A stretch of DNA of 62,008 bases, counting the filler, from Sandaracinaceae bacterium (GTDB lineage Bacteria > Myxococcota_A > Polyangia > Polyangiales > JADJQN01), in assembly GCA_947483975.1 (NCBI GenBank). It is 4 parts of 4 records of this genome, joined end to end, with 100 filler letters (N's around TTAATTAATTAA, not from the genome) between each part and the next. Parts side by side here need not be neighbours in the genome. Positions count along the whole stretch, not along the records: positions 1 to 15,493 come from CANKOL010000089.1; positions 15,594 to 31,066 come from CANKOL010000090.1; 2 more parts are not named here. The stretch is one strand, 5' to 3'. The notes beneath the pieces are model-generated. The model had not been told where the DNA came from. It saw only the letters and a list, made by a program, of their open reading frames with translations, and did no database searches. The stretch's first letter is position 1; the number at the start of each line of letters is the position of its first letter. The translations under genes and the position numbers were made by a program. Shown piece after piece: positions 9,767 through 19,015 of this stretch.

Positions 9767-12700
9767 TTACGCCGCCTCGTCGATCGCGACCGCGCGCCCT
9801 AGCGCGACGAAGAGCAGCCGCGCCCGCACGCGCGCCTCGGGGAGCGCGAAGAGCCGCGCGACGGCGGCGCGGTAGGCGAGGAGCTGTGGGCGGTAGTGCG
9901 CGACGCGCTGCGCGAGCCCTTCGTCGCCGTCGACGCGGTCCGTCTTGAAGTCGAGCACCTCGGCGTCGACGACTTGCCCGGCCGCGTCGCGCCGCACGAC
10001 GAGCCGATCGATGGAGCCCGCGACCACCGCGTCGCCGCGACGAAGCGCGAACGGCAGCTCGCGGTGCGCCTCCGCGACGAGCCCGCCGCGCTCGAAGGCG
10101 TCGCGCCGCAGCGCGATCGACACCTCGCCCTGCGCGAGCATCGCGCGGAACTCTGCGAGATACGCGTCGAGCTCGAGCTCCGTGGCGCCCGCTGTCCGCG
10201 CGGCGTCGCGGAGCGCAGCGTCGCTCGGCACGCCGCCGTCGGCCGCGCGCTCATCGAGCCAGAGCACCTGCTCGAAGAGCGCGTGCAGCACCGAGCCGCG
10301 CACGAGCGCCTGCGACGCGTCGAGCCGCAGCAGGTCCCGCACGTCCACGGTGCCGCCGCCCTCGAGCCCCGACGGGCTCTCCCGCGACAGCGTGCGCGTG
10401 CGCGTCCGACGCTCCGCGAGCCGCACCGTCGGCGCGAGCCCAGGCTCGGCCGCGACGGCCGCGTGCGGGCTCGGTGGCAGCTTCGCCGCCCAGCTCGCGT
10501 CGCCGCGCTCGTAGAGCACGTCGTCGGGTCCCGCCGATACTCCCGGCGCGAGCGCGCCGCGCAGGACAGTCGTCCACTTCGCTGGCGGCACCTTCGGCTC
10601 GGCGCGGTCCGGGCTGTCGGGCGCGACGAGCAGCACGAGCTCGTGCGCGGCGCGCGTGAGCGCGACGTAGAGCAGGCTCAGCGACTCCTGCACGGACGCG
10701 CGCACCTGGTCGTCGTGCAGGTCCTCGAGGGGCAGCGCGCGCGTCGAGAGCAGCGCCCGCTCGCTCGCGCTCGTGCTCGCGATCACGCGCGCTGGGCGAC
10801 CCGTCGCGCCTCGCCGCTCGAGGAGCGCGCGCGGCTTGTTGTCGACGAGATCGACGTCGAGATCGGGGAGCACGACCACGTCGAATTCGAGCCCTTTCGC
10901 CTGATGAATCGTCATCACGCGCACCTGCGCGCGGCTCGGATCAGCGACCTTGGTCGCGCGCACGAGCGCGACGAAGTCCGCGGGGCGCAGCGTCGCCTCC
11001 GCGTCGTAGCGCGCGGCGAAGGCGATCAGCTGCGCGAGCCGGCGGGACTCCCGCCCATCGCAGCTCGGCGCGAGCAGCTCCGCCCACTCGCGCACCTTGC
11101 GCGCGTAGCCGTACGCCGCGAGATCTCTGCGCACCTCGCGCGCGACGCGCTGCGCTTGCCCGTCGTCGTCGGCGCTCCGCAAGCCGAGCGGTCCGCCGAG
11201 CGGCGACGACGCGACGTGAAAGCGCGCCACGGTGTCGCCCGGATGATCGGCGAGCGTCAGCAGCGACGTGATCAGCGTCACGGCGGGCGCGTCGACGAGC
11301 GGGCTGCCGCCTTCCTCGCTCGCGCTGACGCCGAGCTGACCAAGCTCGTAGATGACGCGCGCGACGTTCGTGTTCGTGCGCACGAGCACGGCGAGGCTGC
11401 GCCCCGGCAGGGCGCGCGCGCGCTCGGCGGTCAGCGCCGCCGCCGCTCGTAGCGCGACGTGCCGGGGTCTCTCGCCGTCGCCCGCCGCGGGCGCCACGAC
11501 GAGCCGCGCCCAGCCGGCGAGCTCCGTGCGCGCGGTGCTGTGCGTCGAGAAGCCACGCAGCCAGCGCTGGGCGCCGTCCTTCGCGGCGTCGGTCCTCCAC
11601 GCGGCGCTCTGCTCGAGGTCGCGGAAGACGTCGTTGACGAGCGTGATCACCTCGGGCGCCGAGCGATAGCTGCGGTCGAGGTGCGCCTCACCGAGCCCGG
11701 GCAGCTCGTCGCCGAGGTTCCGGAAGATCTCCGCCTGCCCGCCGCGCCAGCCGTAGATCGCCTGCTTCACGTCGCCGACGACGAAGAGCGAGCGCGAGCC
11801 ATCGCCGTGCGCGACGATCTCCTCGGCGAACGGGCGCAGCACGAGCCACTGCGCGAGCGAAGTGTCCTGGAACTCGTCGAGCAGGAGGTGCGCGACGCGC
11901 CCGTCGAGCCGGTAGTAGACCTCGTCGAGGTTCCCGAGCCGCGAGGCCGAGACGAGCGCGCGCGTCACGTCTTCGAACAGCAGCGCGCCGTCGCGCGTCT
12001 TGAGCCCGCGGTAGTGCGCGTCGAACGCCGCGAGGAGCTCGTGCGTCGCCTCCGTGCGCTCGGCGAGGCGCGTCGACAGGACCGCGCGCGCGTGCGTCAG
12101 CAGCCGCTCGAGCGCCGCGCAGACCTCGTCCGGGAGCGGGCTGCGCGAGTAGGTGTTCTTGCCCGCCGCGACGCTCGCGACGACCGTCTGCGCGCCGAAC
12201 TCCGCCCAGGCGCCGCGCCCCGCGAGCGCAGCCGCGCCGACGAGCGCCTTGTCGAGCCCGCGCTTGCCCGTGTTGGCGACCGCCTCGAGCACCTCGATCG
12301 CGCGCCGCAGCTCGTCGTCGCCGAGCCCGCGCGCGTGCGGGATCGACCGCCACGCGGCGGCGTCGCTCTCGCGGAAGGTGTCGTAGAGCGCGCTCACCGT
12401 CTCGCCGAGGCGCTCCGCGACGGAGCGCGCGCTGTCGCCCTTCGCGAGCCAGCGCATCAGCTGGATCGTGCGCTCCGGGTCGTCGCCGAGCGTCGCGTCG
12501 ATCGCCTCGGCGCGCAGGCGCGCGTCCGCCGTCAGGTCGACGATCTTCCACGCGGGCGGCAGCCCGAGCTCGAGCGCGAAGCTCTTGGCGAGGCTCGCGA
12601 AGAAGCTGTCGATCGTGAAGACGCGCAGCCGATGCAGGCGCCGCACGAGCGACCCTTGCAGCGCCGCCGCGCGCTCGCGTCCACGCAGCGCGTCGGCGAG

Positions 12701-12961
12701 CTCCGGCGCGTCGACCTCACGCGCGAGCCGCATTCGCGCCTCGTCGTCGCGCACCGCGTCCGCGAGGCGCATGAGCACGCGGCCGAGGATCTCCCCCGCG
12801 GCCTTGCGCGTGAACGTGGTCGCGAGGACGCGGTCCGGCTGCTCGCCGCGCAGCATCAGGCGCAGAAAGCGGTTCGTCAGCTGGAACGTCTTGCCGGAGC
12901 CAGCCGACGCGCGGATCGCGAGGTGCACGGGGGGCGTCGTCGCCGGGTCATCGAGCGTCAT
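9767..12961 (-). CDS. addA: AddA/RecB-like UvrD-family helicase-nuclease
   Basis: RASAGSGKT, TFTRKAA, LLDEFQD, VGDVKQAIYGWRG, MTIHQAKGLEF, LLYVALTRA; C-terminal nuclease GSIDRL...LDFKT...QL..Y. ATG overlaps the addB-like stop (ATGA). Confidence 0.88.
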   Translation of the reverse strand: MTLDDPATTPPVHLAIRASAGSGKTFQLTNRFLRLMLRGEQPDRVLATTFTRKAAGEILGRVLMRLADAVRDDEARMRLAREVDAPELADALRGRERAAALQGSLVRRLHRLRVFTIDSFFASLAKSFALELGLPPAWKIVDLTADARLRAEAIDATLGDDPERTIQLMRWLAKGDSARSVAERLGETVSALYDTFRESDAAAWRSIPHARGLGDDELRRAIEVLEAVANTGKRGLDKALVGAAALAGRGAWAEFGAQTVVASVAAGKNTYSRSPLPDEVCAALERLLTHARAVLSTRLAERTEATHELLAAFDAHYRGLKTRDGALLFEDVTRALVSASRLGNLDEVYYRLDGRVAHLLLDEFQDTSLAQWLVLRPFAEEIVAHGDGSRSLFVVGDVKQAIYGWRGGQAEIFRNLGDELPGLGEAHLDRSYRSAPEVITLVNDVFRDLEQSAAWRTDAAKDGAQRWLRGFSTHSTARTELAGWARLVVAPAAGDGERPRHVALRAAAALTAERARALPGRSLAVLVRTNTNVARVIYELGQLGVSASEEGGSPLVDAPAVTLITSLLTLADHPGDTVARFHVASSPLGGPLGLRSADDDGQAQRVAREVRRDLAAYGYARKVREWAELLAPSCDGRESRRLAQLIAFAARYDAEATLRPADFVALVRATKVADPSRAQVRVMTIHQAKGLEFDVVVLPDLDVDLVDNKPRALLERRGATGRPARVIASTSASERALLSTRALPLEDLHDDQVRASVQESLSLLYVALTRAAHELVLLVAPDSPDRAEPKVPPAKWTTVLRGALAPGVSAGPDDVLYERGDASWAAKLPPSPHAAVAAEPGLAPTVRLAERRTRTRTLSRESPSGLEGGGTVDVRDLLRLDASQALVRGSVLHALFEQVLWLDERAADGGVPSDAALRDAARTAGATELELDAYLAEFRAMLAQGEVSIALRRDAFERGGLVAEAHRELPFALRRGDAVVAGSIDRLVVRRDAAGQVVDAEVLDFKTDRVDGDEGLAQRVAHYRPQLLAYRAAVARLFALPEARVRARLLFVALGRAVAIDEAA

Positions 12962-15493
12962 GAGCTGCCTGCCTCGCCGCCGCTGCCCGCGTCGCTCGCG
13001 CTCGGCGCGTCGTCCTCGGCGGGCGGCGCGGCGCCGAGCTTCGTGTCCTGACAGAGGTCCGCGTACGCGTCCGAGAACTTCGGCGGCGGCGACGTCGGCG
13101 GCCAGAACTGACCGCGCCGCACGCTGCGCACGACGTCGGCCGCGACCTCGTCGGCCACTGCCAGCTCCGCGCTCGACCAGCGCGCGAGCACGAACTGCGT
13201 CGCGCGCACCTCGCGCGGCAGCGAGACGTAGCCGAGGTGCACCTCCGCGCCGTCGAGCGCCTCGCCGCGCGCCCGCAGGATGTGCACGTAGAGCGGCAGC
13301 TGCAGGTCGATCCACGCGCCCGCCTTGCGGTGCGCTTGCTCGGGCGTGCGCGCGGTCTCCGAGAGCTTGTAGTCGAGGACGTAGAGCGCGCCCGTGTGCT
13401 CGTCGCGGTCGATGCGGTCGATGCGCCCGCTCAGCAAGAACGGCTCGCCGTCGACGACGAGCGACGCCGCCGCGGACTTCGAGTCGCCCGCGCCGACCTC
13501 CACCGCGATGATGCGCTTGCCGCTCGCGGCCCAGCTCGCTTGCTCTCGGGCGAACGCGCGCAGCCGCTCGCGGAGCTGCGCGACCTGCACGCGCACCGCA
13601 GGAAACGCGCTCTCGCCGAAGTGCTCCGCGACGCGCGCGTCGAGCGCCGCGTCGAGAAACTGCGCGATCTCGCCCGCCGTCGTCGACCCAGCGCAGCTCG
13701 AGGTCCCGAAGTCGCTCAGCACCTCGTGCGCGAGCGACCCGAAGAGCCGCGCGTCGAGCTCGACGGCGCCATCCGTCAGCGGTCGCAGCCCGAGCACGTG
13801 CTGTAGCCAGAAGCGATACGGGCACGCGAGGTAGTCGCCGAACGCCGTCACGCGCAGCTTCGTCAGCGGGGTCGGCGCGCCCTCGGGCGGGCGCGGGACG
13901 CAGATGGCCGAGTCCTTGCGCCCCGGCACGAGCCGACGCGAGAGCGGCACGGGCTGCGGCGCGCCGTCGCCGCGATAGAAGGCGAGCAGGCGCCGCGCGA
14001 TGGTGTCCGCGTCGCCCGCGAGCGCGAGCCGACTCGGCGCGAGCGGGGTGCCGCTCGCGTCACGGCGGCCCGCGAGCAGGCGCACATACGGACGCGAGGC
14101 GAGCACCGCCTGCAGCGCGTAGGCGTCGCGCGCGTGTCGGAGCGTGTTGTCGTCGAGCCCGAGGTGCCGACGCAGCGTGTCCGGCAAGAACGGGTCGGCG
14201 TTGACCGAGCCGGGCAGGCGCCCCTCGACGAAGCCGGTGACGATGAGCGCGGGCGCGTCATCGAGCGGTAGCTCGAGCCAGCCGAGCACCTCGATGGCGG
14301 CGTCCTCCGCGGTCGGCGGGACCTTCGAATCGGCGATGGCGTCGAGCACGATGCGCGTCGCCGACTCCGCCTCGACGTGCTCCGCCAGGCGCAGCCCCGC
14401 GCCGTCTGTGCCCGCCGCGCCGAGCGCGTGAAGCTCCCGCAGCACCGTGCGGAGCGCGCCGAGGCCCTCGCTGATCAGGCGCTCGTCGTCCTCGCCGGGG
14501 TGCAGCTTCCGGCCGCCGTAGAGCCCGATCAGCGCAGCGGCGAGCGGCTCCGCCCACGCCGCGAGCGGCCGCGGACCACCACGCAGCGGGGCGACCAGCA
14601 CGCCGACGGCGTCGAGGATCGCGCCGACGCGCGCGACCTCGCGCCCCTCGCCGCGCAGGGCTGCGCGCGCACCGTCCTGCGTCAGCCCGCGCTGCACGTG
14701 CCGCGCGTTGTACTCGTCGAGCGGCGAGATCACGTCGCGCTCGAGCCCGAGGCGCGGCTCGACGTCCGGGTGTCGCACGAGCGCCGCGAGCGACGTGAAC
14801 TCCCCGCGCGTGACCCACTCGGCCGCCTCCCGCAGAAAGCGCGCAGGCCCGGTGTTGCCCGCGGGAACGCCCGCCGCGTCGCGCCCAGGCAGCCCGGCGT
14901 CCTCGAGGCGCTCGATCAGAAACGGCACGACCTCCGCGTCGGGCGCGCCGATGACGACGTCCTCCGCGGCGAAGGTCTGGCCGACGTCCGACTCCCCGAG
15001 CGCGGCGAGCAGCGCGACGACCCGCGCGGCCTGATCGTCGGGCCCCTCGGCGAAGATCAGCGACTCGTCCGCGATCGGCAGAGCCGCGTCAGTCCACGCC
15101 GACGCGATGAGCCCTCCGTGCGCGTCGAAGCGGTCCGCGAGGCGCTCCGGCGCGAAGACGAGCACGGTGACCTGCGCCGAATCGTTGGCGCACAAACGAT
15201 CGAGCAGGCTGCGCGTCGCCGGCGTCAGGTCCGGCACGCAGGCGAGCACCAGCTCTGGTGCGCGGGCGTCTTCTGCCGACGTCGCGGCGCGGGCCAGCGT
15301 CAGCGGGCCGCCGAGCGCGTCTGCGCGCGCCTGCTGCGGGTCGGCGAGGCCGAGCGTCGCGAGCAGCGCGAGGTAGCGCTCCTTGACGCGCTCCATGCCG
15401 AGCCAGCGCTCCTCGTCCGGGAAGTCGTCGAGCGTCGCGCCGAGCGCGGCGACGCCCGCGAAGCTCAGCTCGGCCTTCGCGAGCTCCGCGTGC
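12958..15493 (-). CDS. addB: AddB-like PD-(D/E)XK nuclease subunit, 5' partial at contig end
   Basis: Inactive helicase-like body, DYLACPYRF, FGSLAHEVL, GRIDRID, VLDYK, LQLPLY; directly upstream of and coupled to addA. Confidence 0.8.
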
Positions 15494-15593
15494 NNNNNNN
15501 NNNNNNNNNNNNNNNNNNNNNNNNNNNNNNNNNNNNNTTAATTAATTAANNNNNNNNNNNNNNNNNNNNNNNNNNNNNNNNNNNNNNNNNNNN
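15494..15593. other. artificial contig linker
   Basis: N44-TTAATTAATTAA-N44, which gives stops in all six frames. Confidence 0.98.
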
Positions 15594-15672
15594 CGACCTT
15601 GTCCGCGACGCGCCCGAGCTTCTCTACGTCCGCGACGGAGCTGCCACCGTACTTCTGCACGACGATCGCCAT
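15594..15672 (-). CDS. lysC: aspartate kinase, N-terminal fragment truncated by the contig end
   Basis: Reverse strand reads [26 protein letters not shown], the characteristic aspartokinase N-terminus. Not called in the ORF track. Confidence 0.85.
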
Positions 15673-15729
15673 GCGGGCGAATCTGCCACGAAGTCAGAAG
15701 AATGCAGCGTTCGGAGTACGCTGCGGGCC

Positions 15730-16557
15730 GTGAAGCGAGCGACCGACGACATCGACGAACAGCAAGCGCGCGCCGTCGCGGTGCTCGAGGCTGCCTACGC
15801 GGGCTCCGTGCCGTTCGTCGAGGACCGAGCCTGCGCGCCGGAACTCGCCCGCGAAGCCGCGCCCGTGCTCCACGCACTCCTCGGCTCGCGCGCCCTCGGT
15901 GCCCCGGAGGACGCGCGCGCCCTCGAGCACCACGAGGCGCTCGCGCTCGTGCTCTTGCTCGGTCGGCGGGCGGGGGCGCTCGGCGTCACGCCGACCGCGG
16001 CGCTCGCGCTCGTGCGTGCCATGAGCGCGGCGCTCGAGTCGGTCGGCGCGCCCCTCGGCGCGGAGTTCACCTCCGTGCTCTGCGCGCTCGTGATGGAGGG
16101 CTACGTCGCGTCGCGCGAGGAGCGCCTCTCCAACCTCAGCGCAGCGCGGGCCGCCGAGGCGCTGCCGACGCTGCGCCTCGCGCCGAAGTGCCTCGCGCTC
16201 GTCCTCAGCGGAGAGCACGAGCCGGAGCGCGTGCGCGACGTCGTCGACCGCTTCGGCCGAGCGCTCTTCGCGGCCGACGCGCGGGCGTGCGTCGTCGACC
16301 TCAGCGGGCTCCTCCACCCCTCGGCGCCCCTCGCCGCGGAGGCCTTCGCCGCGGACGTCGCGGCGCGCATGCTCGGCGTCACGTGCATCTTCTGCGGCGT
16401 GTCACCCGCGTGGCTCGACGCCGCGAAGGCCGCCCGGGTCCCGCTCGAGGTGCTTGCGCTCGAGCCGACGTTCGAGGTCGCGCTCGTGCGCGCGCTCGAG
16501 CTCGCGGGTTACGCCCTCAAGCCCGAGGGACGGCTGCGCGCGCTGTTCAAGCGCTGA
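15730..16557 (+). CDS. RsbR-like protein with helical N-domain and C-terminal STAS domain
   Basis: LPTLRLAPKCLALVLSG...ACVVDLSGL...RMLGVTCIFCGVSP follows the RsbR/STAS pattern (P...ILVLPL.G...ILDITGV...LLG...IL.GI.P). Confidence 0.65.
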   Translation: MKRATDDIDEQQARAVAVLEAAYAGSVPFVEDRACAPELAREAAPVLHALLGSRALGAPEDARALEHHEALALVLLLGRRAGALGVTPTAALALVRAMSAALESVGAPLGAEFTSVLCALVMEGYVASREERLSNLSAARAAEALPTLRLAPKCLALVLSGEHEPERVRDVVDRFGRALFAADARACVVDLSGLLHPSAPLAAEAFAADVAARMLGVTCIFCGVSPAWLDAAKAARVPLEVLALEPTFEVALVRALELAGYALKPEGRLRALFKR

Positions 16558-16590
16558 CGGCGGCCACGCCGGCAGGCAACGCGAGGGCGC

Positions 16591-18051
16591 TCAGTTCCCG
16601 GTGCCAGCCGAGGCGGGCACCGCGCTGCGTGCGCGGTCCATCTCGTCGAGGCGGAAGCGCTGCTGCCTCGCGCGGGCCTCGTACGCCGGGACCCGCTCAG
16701 CCCGCGCCAGCCACGAGCGCGCGTGTCCGAGGTCGCCTACGCGGCGGTACAGCTCCGCCAGCTCGAGCATGGCCTCCGCAGCGCGGTCGTAGCTCGGGTA
16801 GCGCGTCAGCAGCGACTCGTAGCTCCCGATCGCGTCCCGCAGCGCGTTGGCGCGCGCCTGGTTGCGGGCCGCCCCGTGAAGACCCGCGGCGGCGAGCAGC
16901 GGGGACTGCGCCTGTGCTTGCGGGGTCGCGCCTGCGCTCACGCCGCTGCCCGCGCTGCCCGTAGCGACTCCGCCATACGCGCCCCCCGACGGCGCCGACG
17001 GCGCGTTGCGCGCGGCCATCACTGGCTGCGCGGGGGCGCGCACCATCGGGGCGGGCATCGGCATCGGCATCGGCGCGGCCGGTGCGACCGCGGCGGGCGG
17101 CATCATCGGCGCCATCGCGACGGTCGCTGCGGGCGAAGGAGCGGGCGAGGGCGCGCCTCGAAATTGCGGGGTGGTCGGGCGCTCCGTGTCCACCGCCGCC
17201 TGCAGCTCACGGCGCGGGTTCGTCGGCGCATCGGCGACCGCAACCTCCTCGATCGCATCGTCCGCTGCGGGGGCGTCTTCGGCGAGCCCCTGCTCGAGGC
17301 CAGCGGCCACGACGCGCGGGCGCGGCGCCTCGTCCCGCGCCAAGCGCGCCTCCGTCGGAGGCGGCACCCCGTCGAGCGTCGTCGTACGATCTTCGGGCAG
17401 CGGCGTCGCGACGACCGTGCCCTGCGCCTCGGCGAGGCGCCGCGGACCAGCCGCAGCCCCCTCGGGCGCAGCTTCGGTGGCGGCGTGCACTGCCCCCCGC
17501 TCGAGCACTGCGCCCGGGCCGGCGTGGAGGCGATTCGTCCGCGTGTCGAGCCGTAGTTCGAGCGGCGCAGCAGGCTCGATCGCTGCCGACGGGCCGACCT
17601 CATCGCCCGGGTCGGCGTTGACGATCGCCCCGCCCGGCACATTCCGGGACGTCCGCAGCCCCGGCAGATAGTAGAGGCCGACGCCCACGACCAGCATCAG
17701 CACCATCGCCATCGCGACCTGCGGCCCGAGCACGAAGCCCCCCAGCCACGACATGAAGCGCTGCAGCGAGCCGCCCTCGGGCTCGCGCTCCGCGCTCCGC
17801 TTGGGCATCGCCACGAGCACCTCGCCGCGGGCGTGCGCCTGCGCGCGGGCCATCAGCGCGGCGTGTACGTCCGTCGGCGGGGTCGCCATCGGCAGCTGCC
17901 GCACGATCCGGCGCGCGCTCTCGAGCTTCTCGCTCGCAGCGCGACACGACGCGCAGCCGACGAGGTGCTCCCGCGCTCGGGCGCTCGTGGTGGTGTCGAG
18001 CTCGCCGTAGACGAGGTCGAGCAGCAGGCTCTCGCAGGATTCGCAGTTCAT
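16591..18051 (-). CDS. zinc-binding (ZAS/zf-HC2) anti-sigma factor with TM helix and C-terminal TPR-like domain
   Basis: N-terminal C...GEL...HLVGCASC; TM segment VAMAMVLMLVVGVGLYYL; Pro/Ala-rich linker; TPR-like AIGSYESLLTRYP...AEAMLELAELY. Lies downstream of the ECF sigma gene. Confidence 0.85.
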   Translation of the reverse strand: MNCESCESLLLDLVYGELDTTTSARAREHLVGCASCRAASEKLESARRIVRQLPMATPPTDVHAALMARAQAHARGEVLVAMPKRSAEREPEGGSLQRFMSWLGGFVLGPQVAMAMVLMLVVGVGLYYLPGLRTSRNVPGGAIVNADPGDEVGPSAAIEPAAPLELRLDTRTNRLHAGPGAVLERGAVHAATEAAPEGAAAGPRRLAEAQGTVVATPLPEDRTTTLDGVPPPTEARLARDEAPRPRVVAAGLEQGLAEDAPAADDAIEEVAVADAPTNPRRELQAAVDTERPTTPQFRGAPSPAPSPAATVAMAPMMPPAAVAPAAPMPMPMPAPMVRAPAQPVMAARNAPSAPSGGAYGGVATGSAGSGVSAGATPQAQAQSPLLAAAGLHGAARNQARANALRDAIGSYESLLTRYPSYDRAAEAMLELAELYRRVGDLGHARSWLARAERVPAYEARARQQRFRLDEMDRARSAVPASAGTGN

Positions 18052-18124
18052 GACGACTTCTCACGCTGCACGGCCATCGGCTGGCGGTGATGCCCTCGAC
18101 TCCGCGTCCGCCCCGGGCCCGCCA

Positions 18125-18742
18125 TCATTCCTCTAGCTCCGCGACGTAGTCGGCGTACTCCGCGAGCGCCTCCTGCAGCCGCTCGAGCGCGTAGCGCATC
18201 CGGCTCTTCACCGTGTTCTCGGGGACGCCCACGATCGAGGCGATGTCCTTGAACGGCAAGTTCTGGATCTCGCGCATCAAGAACACCTCGCGCTGCTCCT
18301 CCGGGAGCGCCGCGATCGCCTCGGCGATCTGGGGCTTCAGCTCGCGCGCGATCGCCGCACGGTCCACCGCGGCGCCCGAGCCTGCCGTCCGCTCGACGAG
18401 CGCCGGCCCGTCGCCGTCCTCCCCGCTCAGCTGCGCGTCCAGCGACTTGTGGCGGCGAAACACCATCTTGCGGCTCTCGTCGATGCAGAGGTTCCGGGCG
18501 ATCGTGTAGAGCCAGGTCGAGAACTTCGACTCGCCTTTGAACTCCTTCGACCGCTCGATGACGCGCAGGAAGGAATCCTGAAGCAGCTCCTCCGCCCGCG
18601 TCCGTTCGGACACATGTCGCAGGATGAAGTTGAACAGCGGCCGCTCGTACCGGCTGAGCAGAAGCTCGAACGCCTCCGGTCGCCCGCCATTGAACCGGCG
18701 GAGCAGCTCCTCGTCGGCCACCTCCGGGGTGGGCTTCACCAT
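18125..18742 (-). CDS. ECF (sigma-70 group 4) RNA polymerase sigma factor
   Basis: DEEL...G...AFE.L..RY, AEELLQDSFLRV, KFSTWLYTIARNLCID, LPEEQREVF.MR, IASIVGVPENTVKSRMRYA. Alternative start at 18817. Confidence 0.95.
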   Translation of the reverse strand: MVKPTPEVADEELLRRFNGGRPEAFELLLSRYERPLFNFILRHVSERTRAEELLQDSFLRVIERSKEFKGESKFSTWLYTIARNLCIDESRKMVFRRHKSLDAQLSGEDGDGPALVERTAGSGAAVDRAAIARELKPQIAEAIAALPEEQREVFLMREIQNLPFKDIASIVGVPENTVKSRMRYALERLQEALAEYADYVAELEE

Positions 18743-18768
18743 ACGCGCCCCCCGCTTGGAGGCGCGCC

Positions 18769-18795
18769 GACGGCGTGGACGACGTGGACGGCGTG
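18769..18795. repeat. 3 x 9-bp direct repeat GAC(G/A)-type upstream of the ECF gene
   Basis: GACGGCGTG GACGACGTG GACGGCGTG read directly. Confidence 0.75.
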
Positions 18796-18933
18796 GAGAC
18801 TGCGGGCACGAGGACACAGACGCGCGAGCGTCCCGTCGGATCTACCGCTGTGTCCTCCGGACCCCATGAGCGCCGCGATTGTAGCGGAAGCCCGCGCGGT
18901 TGCCCGCATAACTGGGCCCATGCGCAGCGTCCG

Positions 18934-18962
18934 TTGACCGTGGAACGGCGCCTTGCTATACC
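18934..18962 (+). promoter_or_regulatory. putative sigma70-type promoter for the Glt-like operon
   Basis: TTGACC-N17-TATACC with an extended -10 TG at 18954-18955. A purine-rich RBS (GGAAGGGGAG, 19001-19010) precedes ATG 19016. Confidence 0.6.
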
Positions 18963-19015
18963 CGGCGTCGATCTTGATCCGATTAGTCAGCCAATAGTTC
19001 GGAAGGGGAGACTCC

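Noticed and set aside
9767..13825. ORF-track N-terminal extensions suggesting fusions (addA to 13825, sulfatase from 1078, 32288-34756, 38290-39894, 41155-43764, 57588-59330, 59577-61070)
   Set aside because: The extensions overlap neighbouring real genes in another frame. Family motifs and ATGA/GTGA overlaps place the true starts downstream.
9767..15493. Helicase plus PD-(D/E)XK pair as an anti-phage defence system or Cas4
   Set aside because: Size, motif order and addB-addA coupling match housekeeping AddAB recombinational repair.
15494..15593. AT-only palindromic TTAATTAATTAA within N runs (also 31067-31166 and 46585-46684)
   Set aside because: Identical artificial six-frame-stop linkers joining contigs. 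They are not biological, and no cross-gap gene linkage was inferred.
18942..18969. ECF-type promoter GGAAC…CGTC upstream of the Glt-like operon
   Set aside because: The spacer is 19 nt, longer than the usual 16-17; the overlapping sigma70-like promoter fits better.
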